DNA from: Raillietiella orientalis
Lineage: Eukaryota
NCBI GenBank assembly: GCA_036172245.1
Contig: JAYWIR010000051.1
Span: forward strand, 558,001 to 622,000
Direction of reading: 5' to 3'
DNA: 64,000 nucleotides
Part shown: one piece after another, positions 51,531 through 64,000 of the stretch
How the letters are laid out: each line of letters begins with the position of its first letter
Position numbering within the stretch: the first letter of the stretch is position 1
Notes under the pieces: generated by a model
The model's input: the letters and a program-made list of their open reading frames with translations, nothing else
Told to the model about the DNA's origin: nothing
Databases searched by the model: none
Made by a program: the position numbers and the translations under genes

Positions 51531-54006
51531 CTCCCCCCCCGGGTCCAGTGAGACCGGCGGGCGTTGCACGGGAGGCCCCAGCGACGCCATGGTGGTGGTG
51601 ATGGTGATGAAGATGATGAGGATGAAGAGAAGAATCTCATAGTGAGCTCATCCTGAAAATCTGCCAGAAAATTTTTCCATTCGGATGATGAAAAAAACGG
51701 AGCTGCAGGCCTCACCAGGGGACGCTGCTCACAGCAAGGAGGATCTCGGATCCAAGGATGCCACTGATGACGCGCTTAAGAAGAGAGTACTCATGGTGAT
51801 TTTTCGGCAGACTCACCTTAAAAAGATGAATGTGTGACTAGTGGTCTCGGAAAGATCGCCAGCCTGACACGGGAGTGACTCCGGATGTAAGAAATTCCTT
51901 TCCTACCGCTCAACCCGAACCACCAGAAAACAAGTACATCTCCTGCGTGGTCACTCAACCGCCGAGCCCTGGTGTTCTGGTCCTCTTGTTTCAATCACTG
52001 GTCGGGGTCCTCCACAAGGCGGAGGCGAAGGATCTCAACGTCCGCAAAACTTTCGGGAGATAGCGTCAACAGACAACGAGCGAGCCCCGCCATCTAGTAG
52101 TGTATTTTCGTAGCTACGCGAGAAGGTGGCGAGGTACGCAGTTACGCCGGAAGATGAGGCGACAGCTCCGTTTCCTCCCGAGAAACGGAGGTTTTCCGAG
52201 GAGCGGATCACCGCTTTGCATCAGATGAATAAAAAAGATATTGACGGACCGCCACGGTTCCCGGTGCCCTTTCCCAATCCTGCTGCCTTCCGACGAACTG
52301 TGAGATTTCTTCCCGGTCAAGGAAATTTTTTTTCCCCGGAATGCCGCGAACTCTCCGTCCATCAAATTCTTCCTAGTGCTGCTGTCATTCATTCACCCGG
52401 GGGAAGGGAAGATCCAAAATCGACGGTCCATCATCCTCAGATTCATCCTGACTCCTTTCAGGAAGCTTTCCGACCGAGATTTCGCCCCCCTTGCCCCCAC
52501 CCACGCCTTTTTGCGTCCCGCGGGAGCCAAGGACGCCGCGTCCTGGAAGAGCACCCAGTGTGCAGCTCCGCCGGTCGCTCCTTCTGGCCTTCGGGAGACG
52601 CGGATATCCCTCCGGTGGCCGAGAGGGACCGAACCGGGAAGGGGGACCCTTCCCGCGGAAGGAGACCAGGTGACCGATCCTCCCCCGAGGGATCATCCAA
52701 GGTGGCATTGCGGAGTTCTCGCACTCCTCCTCACCACCTGCCCCTGTCCTCTTGCGCTCGAGAGGAAGAATTACGCCGGGAAGGGGAAGAAATAGGCTGG
52801 GAAGGGGCTGAGCTCGAAGTCCGGCCCCTTGGCGTGCTCACGCGGGCTGCTGCCCTCAGTCCTGCTGCTGCTGCGGCAGCGGCGGCAGAGGGGGCAAGAG
52901 AGCCGCGGGTGGCGTCCTCGCGAGAGTCGTCCCGGGGCATCGGGTGAAGCGATGCCCCTTCGTCCTCTCCCTGGTCCTTCGAGGAGCAGAGGGAAGAAGA
53001 GAATGCCCCGCCCTCGCGGGCTTGGGGCGTCCTCTGCACTGGGCGTTGGGTGGCGCGAGGCCGTCCATTCGTCCGTCCCTCCTCCCCCTCAGGACGCTCG
53101 CTGGTATCCCGGGATGAACCTCTGTAAGTCTCTTCCGGATGACCTCTTCAATCTGCCGAAAAGGGAGCAGTGGGGGTCAGCGATGCCCGCAGCGCCTTCG
53201 CTCTGGAGTGGGGGGGACGTCGGCCCTGTTGGGCAGGGTGACGACGACGGCGAAGACGCTGCTTCGTCAGGAGAAGGCACTTGCGCTGCCATGAGACGTG
53301 GGTGATGACAGTCGAAACCTCCCCCTTTCCGCACCGTCTCCCACCCGAGTCGCCCGCGCTCCTCCCTCACGGGGATGCGGAGGGATCTGGGGGCCTTCCC
53401 GGGTCAGCTGGAACCTCTCCCCAACGATTATGGGCCCCCCGAATTGGCCGCGAGATTCTCTTCCCCCATTCCCCATCCAGAATTGAAGCACGTCGGCGCG
53501 GGTTGGGCTCAGCAGCACCTTTTCCATCGGGGGAGGGTCCCTGCTCGTTGAGGGAAGGTTCTAGCTGGCCCGGAGAGGCCCCCGAATCCTGCCACATCCC
53601 CGGACGCCTCCTGGGGGAGGGGAGCAAGAAAGACTGCGCCGGTCCGACTGTACGGGCGCAGCATCCTCGGCAGGGGAGATGGAAGGGTGAGAGAGGGAGG
53701 GGGAATGCTCCCCGCTCCTTCCCAAGAAGAGATAGAAGAAGAAGAAAAAAAATAAATCTGTATTTTTTTGCCCTCTCGCTCGAGCACCGCGCCAGGGGAC
53801 CTCCAGGCCGGAGGCCCCCATCACAATGCAACAGCAGCAGGAAACCCAGGAACACGGGGGGGGAGGGGCGGGTGGGTCGTCGTCGTATCACAGCTGAGTA
53901 TCGGAGGGCACCGCTGCCGCTCCCGGGCGTCCCGGAGAGTCGTGGAAGTAGCTGGCCGGGACGAGCTGCGGGCCGCCGAAGGGCGGCGGTGCCGGCGGCA
54001 CGGCCC

Positions 54007-57000
54007 TCAGTAGGGCCTGCACACGTCCTTGGCGCGCTTCAGCTGCACCTTCAGGCGTTTGGGGCCGATCTGGAATCCGTTCATGGCCTGGATGGCCTGC
54101 TGGGCGCTGGAAGGGCTGTCGAAGGAGACGAACCCTGAAGGGGAGAAAGGAAGGGGAGGGGTCCCGCCGGGGGGCCGCCGCGGACGACTCACCGAAGCAC
54201 TTGGACAGGTTGGTGTGCTTGTCTATGAAGACCTTGGCGGAGATCACGTTGCCGAAGGGCATGAACGTCTGCGCCAGATCGCTGTCTGCAAACTCCTGCG
54301 GCAGGTGGTAGATGAAGATGTTGGCGCCATCGGGGCCTTCCGCCTGCTTGGACACCGCCGCCCCCGACAGCGGGGGAGGTGCCTTGCCCAGGGAGAGCGC
54401 CGGCTGACCGAATGGGGAAGCGGCAGCGGCCGCGGCCGCGGCAGCCGCCGCCGCTGCCGCTGCCGCTGCGGCGATGCCTGCGAGAAAGCGGAGTCAGTCG
54501 GCGGCGCCCTCCCCCCCCTCTGCACCCACCCGCCCGCCCTAGCGCCGCCCACTCACCTGGAAAGGGTTGGCCTAGCGCGCTCTGGAACGCACCGCCGCCA
54601 CCGCCGCCGCTGCCGCTGCCGCCACCCCCACCGCCGCCGCCAATGGGATCCAGTCCGTTCCTGGCGCTCAGAGCGCCGTTCGCCAGGCCGAACCCCTTCA
54701 GGCTGCCGATGGCTCCGGGCACCGAGTTTAGGGCCAACGAAGGCAGGTTGACAGCGCCCGGAGGTCCCGTGCCGTTCGCTCCGGAAATGAGCGCACCTGG
54801 GGAAGAGGAGGGGCGCGTAGTCAGGGGCCGCTTCCAGGGATCGCCGCTGGGCGGCGCACGCGCTCGCGCTGCTGTAGCGGGCGAGGAGTCCTCCCGGGTG
54901 GCGACTGGGGAGACGCGCAGCAAGGGGGCGGCGCGTCTTTCGAAGCGCCCGAGACTTGGCTCCCGCAGGGCCAGGGAGGGTCCGCCCCCTCTGAAGTAGA
55001 GCCACCCCGGCCGGACTGGGGGTTCTCTCTGGACGCGCTGCCTGGACGGGAATCCGGGAAGGGGGAAGGACGACATCGCCCCAGGTGGATGGGGCGCGCG
55101 TTGCACGCCCTTGCGGGAGGGTCGCCGCTTCAGGTGAGAAACCGCGCTTGCGTCGTGGGGAAGGGACGACGAGGGCGCAGGGAAGGGACGGCGGGAGTTC
55201 CCGGTCTCCCGCCGGGAGGGACTCAGTTCTCAGGCGGGAAAAGGACCGGTGCCTTGCGCCTGCAACTCACCATGGCAGGACTGGAAGCCGTTACCTCCAC
55301 CGCCGCCAGTTGTCATGGCAGCCAGGGCGGCGAGGTTCTGCACGTTGATGGACGACAGCCCTGCAAAGAGGCGCCGGGTGAGTTCGCGCGTCCCACGAGC
55401 GTTGTGGGTTCCGTCCAGGGCGACCGAAGCGCTGCGGCGGGAGGTCCTCCTGCAGGGAAGGTGCGAGCCATCCCTACGCCATCCCCTGGGCGGGACGGCC
55501 GCCGCCGCGTCGGAGGCGCTCACAGTAGCGGGCGGGGCGCCCCAAATGCGGCTCCGCTTTCGGAGCCGCAGGGCGCGATCTCGCCGCTGTGCAGGGCTCC
55601 TGCCAGTGGTAGCAGCGCCAGCGGTCGTCCGCAGCTCCCCGCCGGCAACCCACTACCGCACTCACCTGAGTACGAGCCCATGGCCAGGCTGGCCAGTGCT
55701 GCCAGGTTCTGCAGGTTGGTCGAGGTGAAGTCCAGCCCGTTGGGATGCGTCTCCAGACGACCGCTGGACAGCGGGTTCAGGTTGAGGGCTGGAATGCCGC
55801 CGCCCACGTAGCGACTCTGCCAGGGGAAGTTCGCGGGGGAAACGGGAGGGATCGCGCGGCGCGAGAAGAGGGAGCGCCCGATCTGGGGTCACATCCCGCC
55901 CCGAACCCTCCCTTGGGCAGGTGGGCGCGCGACGGAAAGATGACCTCCGACTCTGGCTGGCCGGGCTCGGCCCTTCGGTGGGGCGGGGGCTGCGCGGTTC
56001 CGCAACGCCACGCCTAGGGGGCGCTGAACCAGAGTCAACTGCCCATTCGTCGTCCCCTTGACCCTCGTCCGTGGGTGACCCTCGCTTGCGCCCGAGGACG
56101 AGGCGCGACGGAGCCGCCGACGTGGGAGAGGGCGCGCGGCAGCTCTCGAGGGCGCTCTTCCCTCCCTCCTGCCCATCAAACGCTGATACCAGAGGGACTC
56201 CACCCTTTCTCGGAATCCCGGCTCACCCGCGCTCATCCTCCCACTTCCCGCGGGAGCGCCTCAGCCTCCGCTCCGGGAAGAGGGTCGTCCCTCCCCTCCC
56301 TCCAGAGTGGAATGGGCGCTCAGCGACCGCCGCCAACCCCCTCAGGAGCAGACGGAAGACCCGCGTCGCGACCCGAAGGAAGGCGGCGCTGAGTATTCCC
56401 CGAGGTCAGCCCGAATGAGCGCAGCCGCCCCTGCCCGTGGTATTCCAGCTTGCGGCTCGCTGCCCACCTGCGCGCGCGACCGCCGACCGGAACGCGCGCC
56501 TCGGAGGCCCCTGCGCCTTGCAGGAGGTCCACCCGCCCTCGGAGATCTCTGGATCTCCCCCTCACGGGTTTTGCGCAAGGGGCGTCAGCTCCACCTCCAC
56601 CGTAAGGAGGCGCAGAGGGGGAGCAGCAGTGGCGTGCAGTGACTCGACGTACCCCCCTCCCGTCGGTCGACGGCTGCGGGCACGCCAGCCCCTCTGCGGG
56701 AAAAAGGCGAATTCGGGAGAAAAGGGGCATGCCAGGGGCAACCTCTGAGCCCGAGGGCTCCCGCAGAGTTCGAAGGAGGGTCGAGGGGGTGCGCCACCTA
56801 CCTGAGGAGTTGCCAGCCAGGCCCTGGGGCGCTGCGAGCAACTGCTGCAGCTGCACGGCGTTGACGCTGTTCAGCTGGGAGAATCCTGCCAGGCCTCCAA
56901 GGTTCTGGGTCACGAGATTCTGGAAGCGGGGATCGGCGGGACGTTGAGCAGAGGTCGGGAGCCGCCAACGCCTGCGCTCGCGAGCGACCTCTGGGGGAAG

Positions 57001-60000
57001 CGCGCGGGAGAGAGGCGAATGCGCCGCGCCGGCCGGCCTCGGGCTGCGAGCAGAGGATGGGCGGCTCCCAGCCCTCCACGAGCAGCCCTTCTTCCTGGCA
57101 TCAGCGTCAGTGCGCCCGGGAAGCCCTTCCCGCCCCACGAGGATTGCAACACCGCCCTGGGTCTCCTCGGGAGTCCCCGGTCCTCGGGCCCGCCCGGGAG
57201 GAAGCGTCTCAGGGCCGCCCTTCTAGCGAGACCCTCCGCCCGAGACGGTACGTGGGACGGCGCCGCCTCGGGAACCGGAAGGGAGGAGACTGACGATCTC
57301 AGCGTCACGGGTGACCGAGCGGCGGACTGCACCGAGCGACCCGGCACCTCACCCTGCCGTCCCGGAGGGGCACCACTCCGGTTTCCGGGATCCCGGCCAC
57401 AGGCATGGCGGGAGGCCTCCCCTGCCTCTTCCCGGGGTCGGGGGCTCTATCGTGGGCCACCGTCCTAGGCGAGAAGCGCCGCGCACTCGGGGGAAAGGGA
57501 GTGCGGAGGCCCTCCCCAATAGGAAAGAAGAAAGTAATAGGGACGCGGCTCACCGTCAGCGCGTGCGGCGCCACTGCGCCCATGCTGGCACCGGTCGAGT
57601 TCCATATGGAGCTGCTCAGCTGCTGGATGCGTCTCTGGTCCTTGTCTTTCTGGGTGTCGGCGAACTTCACCACCAGCGGGGACGAGCAGCCCTGGAAGGA
57701 GGGTGAATGGTCAACACGCCCAATTCCACGGGTCGTCGCTGAGAGCGCCATTGCGCGCTGAGCATCCCGCTTGCGTCCTATCCCGACGCAAGCGGTGCCC
57801 TCCTAGCCTCGGGAGACTGGTCGGCCCAACCATCTCCATCGGCTGCGCCCCCCCCCCTCACCGAGGACTCGGGCCTGCGCACCCAGCAAGGATGGGTGGG
57901 TCGCGTGGGTCTTCGGCGAGCTACGAGGAAGCCACGCGCACCGCTCCCTTGCACCAGCGTCGCTCGACAGCCAGGAGTTTCTCCGAGAGGATCCAACGCA
58001 TCATTCCAGGTTCCCGGCCCCTTCCTCCCTCGCCCCCATGTGTGCTTGCGGGTCCGGCTGCCTCGCCGAGGATGGCAGACGCTGGGAAACCGGCAGGGGG
58101 ATGCGAAAGCTGGGGGTCTCCGGACCATGGGAGTGCCAAAGTTGAGATGCACAAGAGGAGCGTTCTATTCAGGGTTCTTCACGTTCTGCGCCCGACGGAT
58201 GAAGAAGGAGGAGAAAGGAGGATGAAGAGGAGGGAGAGGCAGAGTAAGGAAGGAGTAGAAGGAAGAAAAGGTGGAGGAAGAGGGGATTGGAGATTTCTTC
58301 CCAAGGTGCCAAGCGCTTTCATGCCATCGCCATGCTTTTTCTTTGCATGTCGAAGGCGGCAGTGTCGTCCAACGTCGTGCCGTCGTCATACTGACCGGAG
58401 GCGCTCTGTCGGCGCTAGCGGTGGAGGCAATGGCGAGATCTCATGTAATGCCCTGAACAAAAAGAACGGGGCCAAGACTTTTTTCTCGCCCCCTTTCCGC
58501 TTATGAGGGTTGCATGCCACTCCGGAGGACCCCCCAGTTGGGGGATGGCTGCAGGCGTGGAGCTGCTGCCGGTCCATCAGCTCTTGCTGGCGCCATCAGG
58601 TGGCAGAAGCAAGACCGATGCTTGTGTGGGATCTGAGAGCGAGAGGTGTCCACCTCTTGCTCCAGATGGTGTCTTCTCACGTTCCTCTTCGAACGAGAGC
58701 CCTGGGGCTCCTCAGATCGCCAGGCAAAGGGGAAAAACTGGATGAAGTGGGGTGCTTCCCCCCAGTCATGGGAGTGGTGGCTTTCCGGTTCCGGGAACGC
58801 AGCATTCCTTCTGAAGAGGCAGATGTGAACCACGGGAAGAAAGAGAGGGAGAGGGGGTGGGGGAAAGGAGCAGTGCGGACAGGCCGGGAGACGCGGCGGC
58901 AACGTGGTCGTCTGCTGCAGGTCACGCGGGGGAGGCAGCGGACCTGCGGTTTCCTCGGCCCTCGTGCATGCGCGCGGGGGCAGAGAGGTCCGTAGCCGAG
59001 GGTGCGGACCGGTGTTCCGCCAAAGGAAGAGAAGAGAGCACGGAGGGGCCGACGACTGTCCCCGGCCACTTGTGGGCGGTAGTCCCGACCTTGTCGTCCC
59101 TCTCCCTCGCTTTGTCCTGCACGGCTCTCGTGCATTGGGAAGGGGAGGAAAAGGAAGTGGGGACGGAGGGAGAAGGGATCATGTTCTCTGCAACGTGGTC
59201 CCTGTGGGAGGAGTCGCCCTGGTCCTTCCTTGCTTCCGCCGTCCCCGCGGGAGGGTCCTCTGGCGCGGCCTCGGGTGATCTGGCCGGCTGCACGATGGCG
59301 CGTCTCCCTCACCTGCATCGTCTGGGAGTGATGCTTCGCTTTGATGGCGCTGATGGCACTCTGCCGCGACGTGTATGTGACGAAGGCGCAACCTGGAACA
59401 CAAGAGAGAGGGAGGAACGGGAGGTTGACGGCCCTCGCGCGCGCGCGCTGGGGAGCCCCTCCGGGAAGGTCCTGCCCAGGAGCAGGGAAGTCAATGGGGG
59501 TGGGACGATGGCGGGACGGACACGGGGTGGCGCCACAGCAGCCGCGACGCAAGCCGGCGAGGAGGTCGGGGGGAATTTCCAGGATGCAATCCGGAAGAGG
59601 CAACGGGGTCACCGCCAAGTCATTCTGTTCTCCCCTCCCCCCTCCTCTGACTCAACAGGCACAGCAAGAAACCTCGAAGAAGCGGGGTCGCCCAGGAAGA
59701 CCACGATCCCCCATTCCTCCCTCCCTTTTTCCGCTCTCTGTCGGGGACCACACAGAGCCCTGGTCAGCGTCTTCTGAGCCTTCGCTGCTGCGTAGCTGCA
59801 TGAAGGGGGCGCGGGGAAGAAGAAACTGCTGACTTGTAGATTCCTCATGGAGAAGATGAGACGACCCCTCCTCCATGCCTCGCCCTACTCGGCCACCCGG
59901 CCTCTTCTGGTTCATCAGCGGACAGCCGTCAAAATGCAGGGAAGGTGTGTGTGTGAAGATAGCGGGTCGGGACCTCTCCCTCCCTCACCCCGAGGTGGTG

Positions 60001-60806
60001 TTGGTGCGGAAAGGACGAGGGGATGCTTCACTTCTCCTCCTCCCCCCGTGGCCAAGTCTTGATGATCGGCCCCCGACCTCGGCAGCTGGAGGAATCTTCC
60101 AGGAATTGCCGCAAAGGGGGCCGTCCGGGATCGTTTGTGGGTGAGGGAACGCAGGCAGGCAGAAAAGCCGCTCACTGAGCAGGGACAAGCATGCGACGGG
60201 CGCAGCAGCCGGAGAGCGGATGCTCTCGCTTCCCCCTCTCCTGGTGCCCGGAGACGGGCGACGGTGGTCACCCGCCATCCAAACTCGTTCTCGAAAGGGT
60301 GCCTTCCTTTTTGCTTTTTTGGCTCCTCGCTTTTTTTAATGGCACTTTGAGGCCCGTTGTGGATACATGGATGGTTGCTGCGGAAGGGCTAACGACCTAT
60401 TCTCTCGGCTCGGTTCCGCGAGCTGCCCCCGAGCGCTGAGAGAGGAGCGGCAATGCTCGCGAGCGTGACGTCATAGCCGTCGAGCCAACGAGCTCGCGGG
60501 AGAAAGGAAGGGGGAGGAGAAGCGAGCGGGCAGCGCGGACTCAGGGCGGGGTGGGTGGGGGAGGGAGTCCCGGTCTCCTGTCCTAGGAAGAGCGAAAGGA
60601 CAGTAGACGGCGAGAGCATCCACTCTCCTTCAAGATGCGAAACCCGCCCGAGGGGGCGCGCGCGGGTGCTTCCAGCTGACCTTTGCTTTGGGAGTTGGGG
60701 TCCCTGAGGATGGTGCACTCTTCGATGTTCCCAAAAGGGCTGAACATCATCCGGATGTCCGTCTCCGAGCATCTTTTGGACAGCATCCCCACGAACAGCT
60801 TCCTCT
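54007..60806 (-). CDS. CELF1/2 (bruno/CUGBP) RNA-binding protein, partial: RRM2, divergent linker, RRM3
   Basis: Exons 60681-60806 ([25 protein letters not shown]), 59313-59392 (CAFVTY..HHSQTMQ), 57554-57691 ([17 protein letters not shown]), 56802-56919, ~55666-55788, ~55271-55360, ~54557-54796, 54193-54477 ([33 protein letters not shown]), 54007-54134 ([17 protein letters not shown]). SAKVFIDK and TNLSKCFG are CELF1/2-type residues. Linker exon boundaries are less certain. Confidence 0.92.
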
Positions 60807-63800
60807 CTGGAACGGAAGAGATTCTGATGGTGACCCTCCGTGTCCAAGCCCCTCCTTCGCCCGGGAGCGGGCGAGCCACCGCTACCCCAGCAGCCCACCG
60901 CTCTCTCTCGTGGTGGATTCTTCCCTCACGTTTTCAGGGGTGCGGTTGCGCTGCCCCTGTGCCCTCCGAGTTGGCGCTCGAGGTCGCGTGGTGGTTCGGA
61001 GTGCCTCCGGGACTCAATAGCTCTCCGTTATGGGGTGAGGGGGACACGATACCCCTCCCCTATACCCTCAGAGCCCGGAGGCTTCATCGAGAAATGCCAC
61101 GAGCGCGTCCCTCGATCGTCCGCCGCGCCCCCGGCTTCACCTTGGGGGTGGGGGTGGGGTGGAGAGCGAAGGGGAGAAGGTCGAATTTGCAGGCAATCAA
61201 TGATTGGAGCATCCGGTGGCCGCGGATGATTCCAGGACGGCTTGGCATTCCCTCTGCTTGACTACCGGGTGCCGCTGGAGAAGGGACGGACACCCCCGCA
61301 TGCCAGTGTCACGTGCGTGCAAGAGCACGCAGTGGATTGAGAGGCAGAGATTCCCCTCTCCCTCGTTGCCAAGGAGGCGGACGCTTTCCGAGCGCAGAAG
61401 AGCGCGGCAGCGGTGTTCACCCGCCCGACCACGCGGGACGGGTTCCCGCTCCCCGTTCCTCCTTCGGCCCGGTTCGAGGAAGCGACAGCAGCACCGGGAA
61501 AAGGAGGGCGCAGCCTTGGGCGGGACCACGCCCTCCGCCGGTTTCAAGGACGCCCCTGCCTCCTGGAGCTAGCCCCCAGGTGGACCGAAGAGGCCAGCCG
61601 ATCCGCAGAAATCTCGTTTGTTCCCTGCGTGGCTGCAAGATGGAGCGCCGCCAGCTGCCGCTCCGCTCGCGCATCAATCGGAGTCGCACTGCGGCGGTGT
61701 CCCGCGCCCAGAAGAGGCGGATCGCCCGAGAAGACGAAGTGCCACCCTGCAGAGGGTGTAAGCCAGGTGAGCGGCGCCTTGCAAGAGCGCGCCAGTTCGA
61801 GAGGAGAAGGGAAGGGCGCCGACACCGCAGATAGCCCCCCCCTTTCCCGAAACCCGCCACCTCTCCTGCCCACCCGTAGTGGCGACGGCGGCCATCCACC
61901 TGCATCCAAGCCGCGTCGAGTGGCTCCGTCGGACCTTCGAGAAAGTTCGACGGGACGTCAAGACGTGGCGGCGGGGCATGCGGTGGCCGACGAGTCGGGG
62001 ATGATGGCCTCTCAAGGGCACGGGGGTGAGGGGTGGGGGCTCCGAAGAGCCACGAGCCGGAAGCCCGTTGAGACCTGGGAGACAAAGAGCTGGCGTAAAG
62101 GGCGGGAGCACGTGCGCCTGGCGGAGGCGCCGGCTGCGCCGCCGCGGTCATAACGGCGAGTCGGGGAGGTGGGCGCGGCGGAGATACTGCCCCACGCCTG
62201 CAGGGAGGCGCTCGCTTGCGCCAATCGGGAGGTACATGGGGACTGAGAAACCCGGGACGGGCGAAAACGCGAGCCTCCAAAAGCGAACCCGAGCCACTGC
62301 GGGATTCTAGGGAAGGAAGTCCTCGGGTTCCCGCCAACGAGAAGTCTGAAGAAAGGACGCCGGGAAGCGACGGAGAAGAGGGGCCAGAAGGGCATCGGAT
62401 GCTGCCTCCTCCCCATCCCTTCCCCTCCCGTGGATGAGGTCGACGGGAAAGGTCGGGAGCAAAAACGGTCACCACCCCCCGAGGAGGAAGGTGGCAGGGC
62501 ATCGGTGGGTAGTGGAGAGACCACGGACGGGTGGGGCTGCTCATGAGCGCGGGGATGCGGAAACGCGCCAAGCAGCCTCAGCAAAGGCGAAGGTGGAGGA
62601 GGGGGAAATTCGCAGTGGGGTCTTTTCGCGCGCGGGGTCGAATTCGGTTGTGAAGGCCGCTGGGTCCTTGGGAACTCGCCTCGTCCTCCTCGGAAGGAAG
62701 GAGGCGCCAGAGAAAGCCTCAGTCCCAGCCGGCCTTCGGAACGTCCGTCCCTGAGTCCCCCGGCGGTGTCTCTGCACACGCGAAAAGAGAGGGGCCGGAG
62801 GTTGCGATGCGTGCGCGCGCGGCCCGCCCTCGCCGCGGTTTCGGGACGCGTAGAAACGATGGACCGACGACTCCGCCCCTTGATTTCCGGTGGTGCCTCC
62901 CGCGACTCTGGGAAAGCCTCCGACCTCCCCTGTTTGTCCAGAGCGTTCTCTCTCCTCCCCCTTCCCCTTCCTCCATTTTCCTACCCGTGGCTGCGGACAC
63001 CGGAAAACCTCCGAGCGCGCGTCGACCTCCCGGTCGGCGGCGGTGCGTCTCCATCCGCTGCCGCCGTGGGGACGCCGGGCGCCGAGGCCGGGCAGCCGCT
63101 CTGGACCAGGGCCCGGGATGGTGGGCAAGCGACGCCTTCCCGTTCGGGACATACGCGTCCGCGGGAACCGACAGTACGGCTGAGAGCTGCGCGGCGGCCT
63201 CTCTCGTCCGAAAGCGGAAGCTCTCTCGCTCTTCCTCCCTGTTGCCAGATGGCGCACGCGCACGGACGCCCGTCCACACTCTCCAGGAGGCTCCCGGCCT
63301 CAGCATCCTCTCGCCGACAGCTTCCCGTTGGCATGGGAGCCTCTCTACTTGTTTTCCCGAGGGCACGCGCCTCCTCCGCAGCTGCGAGAGGCGTAGGGAG
63401 CGCAAAATCCAGGAGTCGCTGAAGGAAGGAACGAGGACAGAGTCCACGTCGGAGACAACAAAGGGAGGTTGGGGGGGGAAGACACCTTTCCTGAGGATCC
63501 CGGAAGCTTCCTGCAGAGGAGGAAGTGAAGATCCTCCTCAGGAGCTGTGCTGGTAATGGGGCATCTGGACCGCCAGGATTTTCTCAGGTCGGGATCGAAT
63601 GGGTTCGCAGAGGGTCTCGGTGCGCCGTTCCCTAGAGGAAGAAATCCCGAGGGCTCCCTCTTCCACAGTCGAGGTGATTCTGGTGCGTGGAAGTGGCATG
63701 CTGACGCGACCTCGCAAGAACCTGGCAGCGAACGTGGACATGTCGCTTCGGCAACGCGGCGGCCGATGGGTCACCCGCCCGACTGTGCCACGAGTGATTC

Positions 63801-64000
63801 CCAGAACAGAGTTCGCCTCCACGGGTGCGCTCGAAGTGACGGGTCCGGGAAGCGGACCCAATTCGATAGAGTGGGAAGGCCCTCTGTTGGAATGAGTTGG
63901 GTGTGGGCGCACTCGAACTTTTCTCCTGAACACCTCGTGGCTTCTGGCCATCTGTTCTTCGAGAGCCGCGGGGTCGCACCGACGCCGTTATGACACGACC

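Noticed and set aside
61197..61547. ORF starting MKPAE as the end of CELF RRM1 (MKPADSE)
   Set aside because: The start is TTG, following residues do not match, and there is no fitting splice donor; RRM1 exons probably lie beyond the window.
44700..64000. Numerous long overlapping ORFs (up to 384 aa) on both strands
   Set aside because: Arg/Pro/Gly/Ala-rich translations without domains; expected from stop-codon scarcity in GC-rich DNA. Only CELF exons and LINE motifs are supported.

Overview
Eukaryotic (animal, probably arthropod-like) genomic DNA with intron-containing genes. Six conserved genes are reconstructable by hand: BBS2 (+, 8182-10901), a ZIP8/ZIP14-type SLC39 transporter (-, 10909-12603), UPF2 (+, 26986-38433), DCAF7/WDR68 (+, 38876-40306), KICS2/C12orf66 (-, 40312-41911) and the RRM2-to-C-terminus part of a CELF1/2 (bruno) gene (-, 54007-60806; RRM1 not found in the window). 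Regions 1-7.4 kb, 13-22 kb and 42-52 kb are decayed mobile DNA (L1/Tx1-like LINE fragments, a Tc1-like transposase). The most striking biology is the splicing architecture: most introns are only 37-57 nt, many lack a polypyrimidine tract, AAG acceptors are unusually frequent, several introns fold into hairpins, and one 56-nt intron has a U12 (minor spliceosome) signature. Two convergent gene pairs have stop codons only 7 and 5 bp apart. The window also switches abruptly from an AT-rich, CpG-poor domain to a very GC/CpG-rich domain near 44 kb. All exon boundaries are manual inferences from GT-AG sites and recalled protein homology, not from transcript data.
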